Assembly (NCBI GenBank): GCA_964458595.1 | Contig: CAYWJQ010000005.1 | Span: forward strand, 6,834-70,833 | Origin: an uncultured Thermoplasmata archaeon | GTDB lineage: Archaea; Thermoplasmatota; Thermoplasmata; Halarchaeoplasmatales; Halarchaeoplasmataceae | Direction: 5' to 3' | Length of the DNA: 64,000 bases | Part shown: one piece after another, positions 29,228 to 39,673 of the stretch | Position numbering within the stretch: position 1 is the stretch's first letter | Layout: each line of letters begins with the position of its first letter | Program-made: the position numbers and the translations under genes | Notes under the pieces: generated by a model | The model's database searches: none | What the model saw: the letters and a program-made list of their open reading frames with translations, nothing else | Told to the model about the DNA's origin: nothing

Positions 29228-30886
29228 TCACTCATTTCTATATTTCTCCCTCTTCTTTTCATCCAACTTCTCTTTCACTTCTTCTAGAACTTTTTCCTTG
29301 TCCCTGTAGTAAGAAGATATCATATGAGCGAAGTCCTTGTAATTGAATATCTCCTCTTTCTCCATGTAATCGAGGACCATCTTTCTTCTCTTTACTTCCC
29401 GATCCATCTCACGCTGGGTCCAGTTCTTCGACTGGGCGACTTTTTCATATATATAACTATGGCCGCTGTAGTTGTAAGTATCGTCTGCTGGATTCCAAGT
29501 ATAGGCTTTGTTGGTTATCAGTTCTTCAGTATCTGGATCGACGCCTACGACCTCGGTTATATTTTTGATCCGTCTTACCATCTTAGTACCGACCTTGACT
29601 TTCGCCTGCATCACCACTATATCTAGAGCGCCTACGAGAGCTCTAGGCAGATTTATCGGGTCGTTCTCCATCCTGTTTACCATGGTCTGAACGTCCTCCG
29701 AGTGGAAAGTGGTATAGGCGCTCTTGCCAGTAGCCATCGCCTGGAAAACCACGTATGCCTCTTCACCTCTGACCTCTCCGACCATCAGGTATTGTGGGCG
29801 CTGTCTTAAAGCAGCTTGGAGGAGCTCGTACATGTCTATTTCGCCGGCTCTTTTGCCGGTATCTTCGTCTATCTCGCCGAAACCGCTTCGAGTCAGGAGT
29901 GGAACCCAGTTTTCGTGAGGAAGATTCAGTTCACGAGTATCTTCTATACTCACGATCTTGTCCTGGGGTGGGATGAAAAGGAGAATCGCATTCAAAGTGG
30001 TCGTTTTCCCCGAAGCTGTACCTCCACAGATGAGCATGGATTGGCCGTTTTCGATCGCTATCCAGGCGTAGGCCATCATCTCCGGGTTGAAAGTCTTGAA
30101 TTTGATCAGATTGATAGGTGTGTAAGGTTCCTCCTCGAATCTACGGATCGTGAAGGAAGAACCTTTTTGGGTTATATGTGTTCCCAGAGTTTCTTGAAGT
30201 CGAGAACCGTCGGGCATCGTCGCGTCCAACATCGGATCCGCCACGGAGATGTGTTTTCCGCTGCGCTGTGCCAACCAGATAACGTAATTGTCCAATTCGT
30301 CCGAATCTTCAAATTTGACGTTGGATTTCATCGAGCCGTATTTCCGATGGAACACGTAGATAGGTATGCCGACGCCGTCGCAGGATATATCTTCGGGGTC
30401 CGGATCTTTCATCATCACGTCGATAGAACCGTAACCGACGAAATCCCTTCTCACATAATACATTATACGCTCGCGCGAAACCGGTTTCAATTCCACGTCG
30501 AGGTCTCTCAAAATCTTTTCGACCTTATGTTCGAGATACTCTCTCTTTTCTTCATTAGTTTCCAGGTCTATCAATTCGACCCTATCTATCAGCCGGTCTT
30601 TTACCGCCTTCAAAACTTCTTCTTCGTCATCCGTCAGATCGGGTTCTATGACCTCATATATATATTCGTTAGAAGTATTATCGTATTTTATCCTCACGTA
30701 AGTATAAGGTTCTTCGATCTCGTTTACCTCTATCTCCTTCATGTTCTGCTCGGCTATCTTCGGTATCTCGGTTATCTCCTCCGAATAATCGGGGGAACTC
30801 TCCTCTTCCGAAGGAAGATAGACCTTTTTAGCTCCCGAGGAGCTTGCCATCATCTCTTTCAATTTCTCTCCGATACTGGTCGCCAT
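29228..30886 (-). CDS. Type II/IV secretion system ATPase (PilB/ArlI-like), copy 2
   Basis: Walker A GGTASGKTT, 'SIEDTREL', 'LRQRPQYLMVGEVRG'. Confidence 0.93.
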   Translation of the reverse strand: MATSIGEKLKEMMASSSGAKKVYLPSEEESSPDYSEEITEIPKIAEQNMKEIEVNEIEEPYTYVRIKYDNTSNEYIYEVIEPDLTDDEEEVLKAVKDRLIDRVELIDLETNEEKREYLEHKVEKILRDLDVELKPVSRERIMYYVRRDFVGYGSIDVMMKDPDPEDISCDGVGIPIYVFHRKYGSMKSNVKFEDSDELDNYVIWLAQRSGKHISVADPMLDATMPDGSRLQETLGTHITQKGSSFTIRRFEEEPYTPINLIKFKTFNPEMMAYAWIAIENGQSMLICGGTASGKTTTLNAILLFIPPQDKIVSIEDTRELNLPHENWVPLLTRSGFGEIDEDTGKRAGEIDMYELLQAALRQRPQYLMVGEVRGEEAYVVFQAMATGKSAYTTFHSEDVQTMVNRMENDPINLPRALVGALDIVVMQAKVKVGTKMVRRIKNITEVVGVDPDTEELITNKAYTWNPADDTYNYSGHSYIYEKVAQSKNWTQREMDREVKRRKMVLDYMEKEEIFNYKDFAHMISSYYRDKEKVLEEVKEKLDEKKREKYRNE

Positions 30887-30895
30887 CTTTATACC

Positions 30896-31810
30896 TCACA
30901 CAAGAAGTCCCATTCCTCCAAATAAAACTCTAAGACTCAGGAAACCTATGAGCAACAATATGAAACTGTGCTTCATCCCGTTGGTGATCCTGCCGGTCTG
31001 GAGTACACCTGCGACTATTCCATCTCCTACCGCGTGAGCGAAGACCGCTAGCGCGAAGATGTACTGTATCTGCGGTATCCTGCCAACCTGTATATTTACA
31101 GCTTGACCTCCTCCTGGCCCGGTCGCACCGGAGCTGAGTCTGGAACCGGCTTCAGCCATCTGGGCCAAAAATTGGGTATTAAGAATTATGATCACTACTA
31201 TGAAGACCGCGAAAGATATGTAAATAACTGCGAGATAAGATGTCATAGCGATCTTCTGTTCATCTTCTGAGCTGTGCACATCTTTTGCGTCCTGCGCTAC
31301 CATATTGAGGACGTCGGCAACGTTTCCTCCAGCCTCGTTCGCTTTTGTTATTATCGCCACGACTCTATTGACCAGATCCGTATTCACTCTCTCGGAAAAT
31401 AATCTAAGAGCTTTATTGGCCGGAACACCCCACTTGATCTGCGCCGCCATCTTTTTTATCTCTGGGGTGAGAGCTCCATATCTTCCCTCGGCCGCGACGA
31501 CTATCGCATCGGCCAAGGTCATGCCGAAACGACCCGCTTCAGAAACATCCCTCAAAAAGTCGGGCAGTCTTCTTTCGATCTTTTTTATCTGTTTTTGTTT
31601 GTGGCTGACGTAGAAACCGAACGGACCGCAAAATGTCATGGCGGCTAGCATCCCCCAATCCAAAGGATCTAAGGGGACTCCACCTACGTTCAACCCGGCT
31701 AATAAACCTACAAATCCAAGCGCGACGGCCCCTACGATCGAGACCATCAATACTTCTTTAGCGTAACCAAGATTCATAACTTTTTCAAACTTGCTTTTCC
31801 TTTCCTCCAT
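30896..31810 (-). CDS. Type II secretion system F-family (TadC/ArlJ-like) membrane platform protein
   Basis: 'IERRLPDFLRDVSE', 'GGNVADVL' motifs and multiple TMs. Confidence 0.88.
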   Translation of the reverse strand: MEERKSKFEKVMNLGYAKEVLMVSIVGAVALGFVGLLAGLNVGGVPLDPLDWGMLAAMTFCGPFGFYVSHKQKQIKKIERRLPDFLRDVSEAGRFGMTLADAIVVAAEGRYGALTPEIKKMAAQIKWGVPANKALRLFSERVNTDLVNRVVAIITKANEAGGNVADVLNMVAQDAKDVHSSEDEQKIAMTSYLAVIYISFAVFIVVIIILNTQFLAQMAEAGSRLSSGATGPGGGQAVNIQVGRIPQIQYIFALAVFAHAVGDGIVAGVLQTGRITNGMKHSFILLLIGFLSLRVLFGGMGLLV

Positions 31811-31822
31811 ATTATCATCCCT

Positions 31823-32842
31823 TCAATCTTGGTTCACCAACCATATTATCATTATAAATCCGGCCTGAGAACCGGGTATCATAAGGCCAACGACCGCGTA
31901 CAGGAAGGGAAGTGGATTTCCTCCACCCATGCTTCCCATGAGCGACATTATAGCTATTATCACGACTAGGAAAAGCGGGAACGCGACAACGACGGTTACG
32001 AAGGATTCGGCCAACATCCCGAGAGTCTCCATGTTCTGCTGTACTTGCAGTTTTCTCTCGCTCTGGTATTCCTCCATCTTACTGGTAAAATAAGGTTTCA
32101 GTTTTCCTCCGGACGTGGAGGTCGTGACCACGCCCTGTAAGAATTCTCTGAAATTATCCGAAGGACATCTATCCGACGCCCTGTTAAGCGCGTTCAATAT
32201 GTCCATACCCAATATCTCCGTGTCCCTGGTTATCCACTTTGCCTCTTCCGAGATCTCCCCGTAAAGGGGCTGTTTGGCTAGCTCTTTAAATATCATATCT
32301 ATATTTATATTAGCCGAAGCCATAGACGCGATAAAACTCATAGCCGCGGCGAGTTTATTATCTATCTTCTTGCCTCTCCTATTGGCTTTCAACGAAGGCT
32401 GAATATTCAATCCCAGATAAGTAGCTAAAGGAGTCATCACTGCTACCGCGACTCCTACTAAAGCCCCTAATAGCCCTATGAACTGTGACATTATGATTCC
32501 GAGTACAGCACCCCCGATGATTCCACCTACAGCAGCGAGCAGAGTGCTCATCCAAACGTACGCGATATACTCTTCCACCCTTATCTTCATGTGGGCCTGT
32601 AGAAGGTTCTGTTCGAGTTCCTCGTCCTCCACGTCTCTTTTCTTTACGAATGGGCCCATGATCTTCAAACAAAATTTTTGATAGTTCGAAAGGTCGAGGT
32701 ACTCGGGAACCGTGTTCTTTGGCAGTCTTTGGACGTGCGGGCCGTACTTTTCCAGTTCTTCTCCGGCTTCCGCCCTTTTAGAAGATAGGAAGGAACTCTC
32801 CTCGAACTCGAAGCCGCTGAAGGCGTCCTGAGATTCAGGCAT
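31823..32842 (-). CDS. Type II secretion system F-family (TadC/ArlJ-like) membrane platform protein
   Basis: 'YGEISEEAKWITRD..ILG.D', 'PS..FREFLQG..T...SGG' motifs. Confidence 0.88.
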   Translation of the reverse strand: MPESQDAFSGFEFEESSFLSSKRAEAGEELEKYGPHVQRLPKNTVPEYLDLSNYQKFCLKIMGPFVKKRDVEDEELEQNLLQAHMKIRVEEYIAYVWMSTLLAAVGGIIGGAVLGIIMSQFIGLLGALVGVAVAVMTPLATYLGLNIQPSLKANRRGKKIDNKLAAAMSFIASMASANINIDMIFKELAKQPLYGEISEEAKWITRDTEILGMDILNALNRASDRCPSDNFREFLQGVVTTSTSGGKLKPYFTSKMEEYQSERKLQVQQNMETLGMLAESFVTVVVAFPLFLVVIIAIMSLMGSMGGGNPLPFLYAVVGLMIPGSQAGFIMIIWLVNQD

Positions 32843-34565
32843 CCTCTTCTTCCTCCTTCTCTCTTTCTTCTCTTATCATAGCCAAGGTTTCCTCGGGTTC
32901 TTTATAATACGAGGTCACGATCTTAGATATCTCTTTATAATCTGTCATATCTTCATCGACCATATATTCCACTATCTCGACTCTGTTTTCGAACTCGCCC
33001 ATCATCTCTTCCTGGGTCCAGTTTTTAGCCTCCATGATCTCGTCGAAGTTATAGCTGTGGCCTTTATAGCTGTAACTATCCGTCTCTCTTTCCCACTCGA
33101 AGACCGTGTTCGTTATCAATTCGTCGCTCTCCGGCTCGAAAGCCACTACCTCTGTTATCTCCTGTATCCTCCTAACCTGTTCGTCTTCTATCCTCGCGAA
33201 TTTCTGTATTATAACGAACCTGAGGGCAGTGAGCAGGACTCTAGGACAATTTATAGGTGGATTCTCGAGCCTATGCACCATCGACTGAACCGAATCGGCG
33301 TGCATAGTGCTGTACGTAACGTGGCCGGTCGCCATTGCCTGAAACATATCGTGGGCTTCTTCTCCCCTGACTTCTCCCACTATTATATAGTCCGGCCTCT
33401 GCCTCAGGGCGTTCCTCACCAGATCGTACATATTGACTTCGCCGGGGTCTTTACCCTTGCCCTGGCTCATGGTTGTACCGGCTCGAGTAGTACTGGGTAT
33501 CCAGTTCTCGTGAGGTAGATTTATCTCTCTCGTGTCTTCCAGGGAGACTATCTTAAGGCCGGGTGGGATGAACAAAGTCATGGAGTTTAACGTCGCGGTT
33601 TTACCGCACGCAGTACCTCCCGCAACGATAGATGATTTTTCGTTCTCCACCATCAACCATAGGTAAGCGACCATCTCCGCGTTGGCAGTATTGTATTTTA
33701 TCAATTTTATAGGGGTGAAAGGCTCTTTTTTGAATCGTCTGACGGTAATAGAAGAACCTCTAGTCGAGACCTCGTCCGCATAAGTTGCCTGAACTCTGTG
33801 ACCTTCGGGCGTGGTCCCGTCAAGGATGGGTGTCGAAACTGAGACCTGTTTATCGCACCTCTGGCCAAGCTTTATGATATACGAGTTGAGTCTTTCTTCG
33901 CTTTTGAATCTTACATCGGTCTTTACTGATTCATAATGCGAGTGATAGATGAAAACTGGGATATCGACTCCATCACAAGAGATGTCCTCGACGTTCTCAT
34001 CGCTCATGAGAACATCCAAAGGCCCGTATCTGATATAATCTCTTATTATGTAATACAGTACTCGCTCCTCTGTTCTCTCGTCTATATTCAGGTCTCTACT
34101 CTCAATATAACTTTTTACTGCGTCTCTGATAAACGATTCCTTGTCTTTTTTCTCCATCGTTTTCCATTCGTACGAAAGAGCTCGGTCGAGAGTGTCCTTT
34201 ATCTTCTCCATCAAGCGCTCTTCTTCTTCTGTCAGATCCGGTTCGACGGCCTGATATATGTACTCCTTTTCTTCGTCGTCGTAAAGTATCCTCGAATAAC
34301 TGTGGGGCTCTCTGACAGGGATAAGATCAACAACCTCTATCGAATCTTTTTCTATCGGTGGCAATTCCACGTATTTTGAAGTTGATCCTTCACCGGCCGA
34401 TTTCTCCTCTTTCTCTTCTTCCTCTTTTTCCTCCGCTGAAGTCACTTCTGTCTTGGGAAGTTTTACTCTCTTAGCCTTGTTAGAATCGAAGATGAACATG
34501 ATTAATAATGAAAATGGAGCGAGAAAAATCAGCGAATACAGATCATCTGAAATATGGCTGGGCAT
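32835..34565 (-). CDS. Type II/IV secretion system ATPase (PilB/ArlI-like), copy 1
   Basis: Walker A GGTACGKTA, 'LRQRPDYIIVGEVRG', 'STMHA'; hydrophobic N-terminal segment. Confidence 0.92.
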   Translation of the reverse strand: MPSHISDDLYSLIFLAPFSLLIMFIFDSNKAKRVKLPKTEVTSAEEKEEEEKEEKSAGEGSTSKYVELPPIEKDSIEVVDLIPVREPHSYSRILYDDEEKEYIYQAVEPDLTEEEERLMEKIKDTLDRALSYEWKTMEKKDKESFIRDAVKSYIESRDLNIDERTEERVLYYIIRDYIRYGPLDVLMSDENVEDISCDGVDIPVFIYHSHYESVKTDVRFKSEERLNSYIIKLGQRCDKQVSVSTPILDGTTPEGHRVQATYADEVSTRGSSITVRRFKKEPFTPIKLIKYNTANAEMVAYLWLMVENEKSSIVAGGTACGKTATLNSMTLFIPPGLKIVSLEDTREINLPHENWIPSTTRAGTTMSQGKGKDPGEVNMYDLVRNALRQRPDYIIVGEVRGEEAHDMFQAMATGHVTYSTMHADSVQSMVHRLENPPINCPRVLLTALRFVIIQKFARIEDEQVRRIQEITEVVAFEPESDELITNTVFEWERETDSYSYKGHSYNFDEIMEAKNWTQEEMMGEFENRVEIVEYMVDEDMTDYKEISKIVTSYYKEPEETLAMIREEREKEEEEDA

Positions 34566-34678
34566 CAAAGACCACTTTCCTCTTTTTATTACTCATATCG
34601 GTGTTAAAGTACTTTTCCCTAATTTTAATATGCAACCTTTTTAGTTTCTTCATTTCAATTTTGATCGAGTGAACGTCT

Positions 34679-34903
34679 TCAATCCCAACCAAGTCTCTTC
34701 GCTCGTCTCTCGTCTTCAGTTTCTTTTTTGTATTCCTTATAATGTTCTTTGCATAAGTAGGAATTCTTTCCGGAACCTTCGACCTTGAGGTCCGTTTTCT
34801 TGGTTATCTTTTTGGTGGGCAGAGATTTCTTTTTTTCCTCGTCACAGCCTTTAACATCGCAAGTGTCCTTTTTCTTCCTTTTACTTTTCCGTTTGTGTTT
34901 CAT
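34679..34903 (-). CDS. Small basic hypothetical protein with a Cys/His putative Zn site
   Basis: CDVKGC...LCKEHY pattern in a Lys-rich 74-aa ORF. Confidence 0.6.
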   Translation of the reverse strand: MKHKRKSKRKKKDTCDVKGCDEEKKKSLPTKKITKKTDLKVEGSGKNSYLCKEHYKEYKKETEDERRAKRLGWD

Positions 34904-35074
34904 AATGACCCTTTTTGGATATATCGCTTCATATCTTTATTTTTTACGATGGAATAACGGCTATATCCTCAAAAAATGTTGGGTTTCCGAAAAAATATTT
35001 ATAGGGGATGGTCTCATGAAAGCGGCAGTCTTGGACTCCTAATAAATATAAGACAACAAAGGAGGAACTATAAA

Positions 35075-37954
35075 ATGAAATCTGGAAAAGTTAGTAAAAT
35101 GGCTACCGTCTTGGCAGTACTGTTTTTGGTAGTGTCAGGATTGATGGTAGTCCAATGGAACGCCCAGCCTGTAGAAGCGACCGAACATGACGCCCAGACT
35201 TATACGATCGAAGGGTTTCTCGACACCGACGTGAGCGTACAGTCAGATCTGACGATAAAACTCAGAGATCTATCCAGCGGAAAGGTCATAGAAAAGCAAA
35301 CCTCCGAAGATTATTATCAATTCCCCGATGTGAAGGCGGGTTGGTATGAGATCATATTTCCCACTCAGGTGAAAGAAGATAACGCTTATTTGAAGAATAT
35401 GACCGACCCATTCAAAGTATCGGGTCAGGATAAAATACTTGATATAAATCTCAACACTAGACATCTCAATAAAACCTTACAGGGAGATATAAAGGATACG
35501 GACGGTGAACTCATAGAGAACGCCACAGTCACTGTAGAGAACAAAAATATCGGATTCAGATCCAGCCACATGGTGAAAAACAAGAGTCATTACAAGGTAA
35601 TGGTTTATCAGGGTTTCGAAGGCACGCTGAAGGTCAAAAAGGAAGGTTACGCGCCTTTTGTCAATTCTAGTGTCTCTCTAGCCGATTATGGAAGAACACA
35701 ATTCAATGTAAATTTATCCAGTAGACCCCTGATAGAGGGACACCTAGTAGATGAGAGCGGAAGCGGGATAACAGAGACATTGGACATAACATTGTATAAT
35801 CAGGAGCTCGGAGTGATGCACAGTATGAAGATGGGGCCCACTTTCAGCTACAGGGTCGCACCCGGATATGATTATACCCTGGTAGTTAAAGCGCCTGGTT
35901 ACAAACCTTTAGTCAAAGACATCAGCGCTTTGAACGAGGGTGAATACGAACAGTTCGGTAGACAGTCAGTCTCAGATTCGGGCATGGAAGAATTCCACGC
36001 AGATGTGGAGTTCAAAGGTATCGAAAACCTGACGGTCAACGCTAGCAGGACGCTCAGAACCGGCACGAAGATGAAAACGATGGATTATTCGTACATCGGA
36101 AATCTCGCCATGCAGGTGGATCTAGCTCTCGGTGACGGCGACCTCGATCTAGAAAGTGATGAGATAGATGCCTTCAAAAACAGATTGAAATACAGCGAAG
36201 CCGACATACCTTCCACTTATCAGTATATCACCACTGACGATACGGCCTATGAACTTTCGAGCTATGACATACAGTTCAGTAACATGGATAAACTGGGTGG
36301 AGACGTCAAAAGCCTGTTCGACGGAAAGATCATGGTCGACACGGAAAGGAGATACACGTCGATGAACGATGCCATGGATACCGAGGCGGAGAAATATTTG
36401 GTAGATTTCACGGTCGAACACGATGAGATGTTCGGAAACATGAGAGATTTCACTTATACGATGGACCTTCCCGAAGGTTACGAAAGGTACATCGGCAGTG
36501 GAACTGACCAGAGCATACCAGAAAACGTGACGGTAGAGAATTATACTCAACTGGAGATCGACCCGATGGAAAACGGGATGAGTTCCAAATTGACTCTAGA
36601 CGTGAGAGAATCAGAGAAAGGTCAAGCGGACATAATAGTAAATGACGAAACATGGATACATGAGAAAAAGGACGATCATTTCGTAATCAGAAAAGGTACC
36701 GAAGCAAAGCTCGAATGTGATTACACCAATCCTACCAGTCAAGCGATCGATTTCGAGTGGAGTTTCGGAGGTAACGTGATAGGCGAAGAACAAGATATCA
36801 CCCATACATTCGATGTGACCGGTACGATGGACCTTACGGTGGAAGTCGAAGAAAGTAACGGACTTACCATATCCGACGAGATAACCGTAACGGTAGACGA
36901 TGAAGGTCCACAGGGAGACCACATCAAGGTCGATAAGAAAAAGATCGGACTCCATAACATGACGAGTGTGGACGAGGATACGGAAGTCGATTTCAGCGCT
37001 ATTGATTTCGAAGATGTCGGTACGGGTCTCGTGAAAAGATACAGTTGGAACTTCAGTGATGGAAGCTCGATTCAAGAAGGTATGAACTTGACTCATACTT
37101 TCAACGATCCTGGAGAATACGTCGTAAAACTGAACTTGACCGACGGAGTCGGTAACTGGAATCGAGAAAATATCACCGTCAAAGTTGAAGATACCACGAA
37201 GCCTACAGGAGACTTCAAGATGCAGTGGGGCGAAAATGAAACGTATCAACCTCACATCAGCATAGTCAAAGGAACAGAGGTTACATTCAACGCCACGGAG
37301 ATGAAAGCTCATCCTGAATACGAAGGAGAACTGGAATACGAGTGGGAGATAAAAGACATAGGCGAAACCGGAACAGGCCCAAAGATGAGCTACACTTTCA
37401 GCGAGACAGGCGAGTATTCAGTACATCTGAACGTTACCGACAGTTCGGGCAACTACAGGAAGATAGCTAAGAACGTGACGGTGCAAAGAGGACCGACACC
37501 AGACCTGATGGTAAGCGATCTAACATTCTCTAAATCGGACCTACAGTCCGGTAAAAAGGTCACGGTAAGCGTGAATGTGACCAATGTGGGAGATGCGATA
37601 GCCGAAGACGTGACCACGACGTTGAAAGTCGATGGGAATATAGTGGATATTTCAGAAAAGTTCTATAAGAACGGCGAGGAACTCAACAGAACGACGGTGA
37701 AGAAGGGAGAAACATTGAAGATAAAGATGAAGTGGACGCCGGACAGCGATGGAAAGAAAAAAGTCAGCGTCAACGTAACGGACGGTAAAGAGCCTGGGGA
37801 TCTAGTCTTCGATAACGAGAAGCAGAAACAAGTCAATGTCAGTCCGCCGGCTTGGAGAGAATATCTTGTCTATGCGCTGATACCCATAGTCATAATCGGT
37901 GTAGTCCTAGGCCTCTACTTCTACAGAGACAGACTCAGCCAACTGCTGGGATAA
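35075..37954 (+). CDS. Large surface protein with signal peptide, carboxypeptidase-regulatory-like, PKD (about 3) and CARDB domains, and a C-terminal TM anchor
   Basis: AAAGGAGG SD before ATG 35075; PKD-like 'YSWNFSDGS..EG.N.THTF..PGEY.V.L..TD'; CARDB-like 'PDLMVSDLTFS'; C-terminal hydrophobic helix. Confidence 0.82.
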   Translation: MKSGKVSKMATVLAVLFLVVSGLMVVQWNAQPVEATEHDAQTYTIEGFLDTDVSVQSDLTIKLRDLSSGKVIEKQTSEDYYQFPDVKAGWYEIIFPTQVKEDNAYLKNMTDPFKVSGQDKILDINLNTRHLNKTLQGDIKDTDGELIENATVTVENKNIGFRSSHMVKNKSHYKVMVYQGFEGTLKVKKEGYAPFVNSSVSLADYGRTQFNVNLSSRPLIEGHLVDESGSGITETLDITLYNQELGVMHSMKMGPTFSYRVAPGYDYTLVVKAPGYKPLVKDISALNEGEYEQFGRQSVSDSGMEEFHADVEFKGIENLTVNASRTLRTGTKMKTMDYSYIGNLAMQVDLALGDGDLDLESDEIDAFKNRLKYSEADIPSTYQYITTDDTAYELSSYDIQFSNMDKLGGDVKSLFDGKIMVDTERRYTSMNDAMDTEAEKYLVDFTVEHDEMFGNMRDFTYTMDLPEGYERYIGSGTDQSIPENVTVENYTQLEIDPMENGMSSKLTLDVRESEKGQADIIVNDETWIHEKKDDHFVIRKGTEAKLECDYTNPTSQAIDFEWSFGGNVIGEEQDITHTFDVTGTMDLTVEVEESNGLTISDEITVTVDDEGPQGDHIKVDKKKIGLHNMTSVDEDTEVDFSAIDFEDVGTGLVKRYSWNFSDGSSIQEGMNLTHTFNDPGEYVVKLNLTDGVGNWNRENITVKVEDTTKPTGDFKMQWGENETYQPHISIVKGTEVTFNATEMKAHPEYEGELEYEWEIKDIGETGTGPKMSYTFSETGEYSVHLNVTDSSGNYRKIAKNVTVQRGPTPDLMVSDLTFSKSDLQSGKKVTVSVNVTNVGDAIAEDVTTTLKVDGNIVDISEKFYKNGEELNRTTVKKGETLKIKMKWTPDSDGKKKVSVNVTDGKEPGDLVFDNEKQKQVNVSPPAWREYLVYALIPIVIIGVVLGLYFYRDRLSQLLG

Positions 37955-37977
37955 AATAAAAACTCTTTTCTTTTTTC

Positions 37978-39663
37978 TTACATCTTTCTTGGCTTTTTCA
38001 TACCTAACGTTTCTAAAACGGATTTCATCGTGGATTTGAAACTCTTGACGATGGTGAGTCTTTCATGTGAGCTTTTCTCCGCGTCGAGGACAGGATAATC
38101 TCTATAGAATTGGTTGAATTCTGCGGCTAATTCGTGAGAATATCTAGCCAATTTATGAGGGGCTTTATCATCTGCGGCCCGTTTAAGGATCTGCGGATAC
38201 TCGGCGATCTTCTTCAACAATCTGATCTCGCCTTCCTCCAATTCTTTAAAGTTAAGGACCTCTTCTTTTACTTCCTCTTCTGCCTTTTCTAGTATACCGT
38301 TCGCTCTCGTATAACCGTACTGTACGAAGGGCGCGCTGCTCCCCTGAAAATTGAGAGCTTCTTCCCATCTAAAATCTATCGATTTGGAGGGCTGCACTTT
38401 CAGTACATTATACCGTACGGCGCTTATACCGACCTTTTCAGCTATCTCTTCGACTTCTTCTTCCCGAAGGTCTTCCCGTCTTTTCAAAATCTCTTCTTTA
38501 GCCTTCTGTTCCGCTGTATCCATGAATTCATCAAGAGTCACGTACGTCCCTTTCCGGGTCGACATCTCTTTGCCTTCAAATGTGACGAAAGAATGGAAAA
38601 CTATCTCGGGCACGGGTTGCACTTCCAAAGTTTCCAAAATCTTCCGCATGAATTTGCCGTGCTGTTTGTGATCCTCTCCGAGTATATCTATCAGTTCGTC
38701 GCTTCTTTCGGCTTTCCATATATGATAAGCTATATCTCTAGCGGGATACAAGTTGGTCCCGTCCTCCCGAGTGATAAACGTCCTGTTATCTTCATCAATT
38801 TCATAATAGAGCGCGCCTTCCTCTTCTCCAGCTTCATCAAGTCCGGACACGGTCTCGATCACTTCTTGAACGGAGCCGTCCTCTATAAAATCGGATTCAT
38901 TTTTGAAGCTGTCAATATGAACGTTCAACCGTTCTAAAGATTCGATTATCCCCCCCATGACCCTCTTAGAATTCTCCTTCAAAGATGAAAATATCTTCTC
39001 GTCGCCCTTTTCCATCGAGTTTATCATATCTTTTATCTCGTTCTCGATCCTCTCGTCATCTTCCAACATCCGGCTGGTTTCCTGATAATACCTGACCAGC
39101 TTATGGTCCTCTTTTTCCCTCTGAGGTTTAGATAGTTCTTCCTCGTCGAGATTGACTTTCCCCCAAGTAAGGATGGCCATCTGCCTCCCTATGTCGTTCA
39201 CGTAGTACTGTTTCTCTACTTCGTATCCGATCTTTTCATGTATCCTAGCGATTGTGTCTCCTATTATCGGATTACGGGCCCTTCCGACGTGGAGCGGGCC
39301 GTTCGGATTCGCACTGGTGTGTTCGACTATCATCTTTTTATCTTTTGAGGGCATACTCCCATAATCCTCTCGCTTCTCTAGAGTGTTTTCTATAGTCTTT
39401 TCCGCTAGATGACTTTCATCGATGGTAAAATTCAGGTATGGGCCGGCACACTCGACAGTACCGTTTTCGAGCTCTATCTGGGACGCTATATCCTCGGCTA
39501 TGAGCTTTGGATCCTTTTGAAATTCAGATGCAAGAGAATAACATGGAAGGGCGAAATCGCCTTTTTTCTCGGGCGGTATCTCGATCTCGAACTCAGCATC
39601 ACCCACTACCTCTTCCACCGCTTCGATTATCGATCTTTTAAAATCTAAAATCACATAACTCAT
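37978..39663 (-). CDS. argS: Arginine--tRNA ligase
   Basis: 'EHTSANPNGPLHVGRARN' (HIGH-like), 'MSTRKG' and 'PYxQY'-like 'PFVQY' motifs. Confidence 0.97.
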   Translation of the reverse strand: MSYVILDFKRSIIEAVEEVVGDAEFEIEIPPEKKGDFALPCYSLASEFQKDPKLIAEDIASQIELENGTVECAGPYLNFTIDESHLAEKTIENTLEKREDYGSMPSKDKKMIVEHTSANPNGPLHVGRARNPIIGDTIARIHEKIGYEVEKQYYVNDIGRQMAILTWGKVNLDEEELSKPQREKEDHKLVRYYQETSRMLEDDERIENEIKDMINSMEKGDEKIFSSLKENSKRVMGGIIESLERLNVHIDSFKNESDFIEDGSVQEVIETVSGLDEAGEEEGALYYEIDEDNRTFITREDGTNLYPARDIAYHIWKAERSDELIDILGEDHKQHGKFMRKILETLEVQPVPEIVFHSFVTFEGKEMSTRKGTYVTLDEFMDTAEQKAKEEILKRREDLREEEVEEIAEKVGISAVRYNVLKVQPSKSIDFRWEEALNFQGSSAPFVQYGYTRANGILEKAEEEVKEEVLNFKELEEGEIRLLKKIAEYPQILKRAADDKAPHKLARYSHELAAEFNQFYRDYPVLDAEKSSHERLTIVKSFKSTMKSVLETLGMKKPRKM

Positions 39664-39673
39664 CTTAGACGCC

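Noticed and set aside
29816-30925. 369-aa plus-strand ORF
   Set aside because: Antisense shadow of the pilus ATPase with no recognisable motifs; long antisense frames are common opposite genes in this window.
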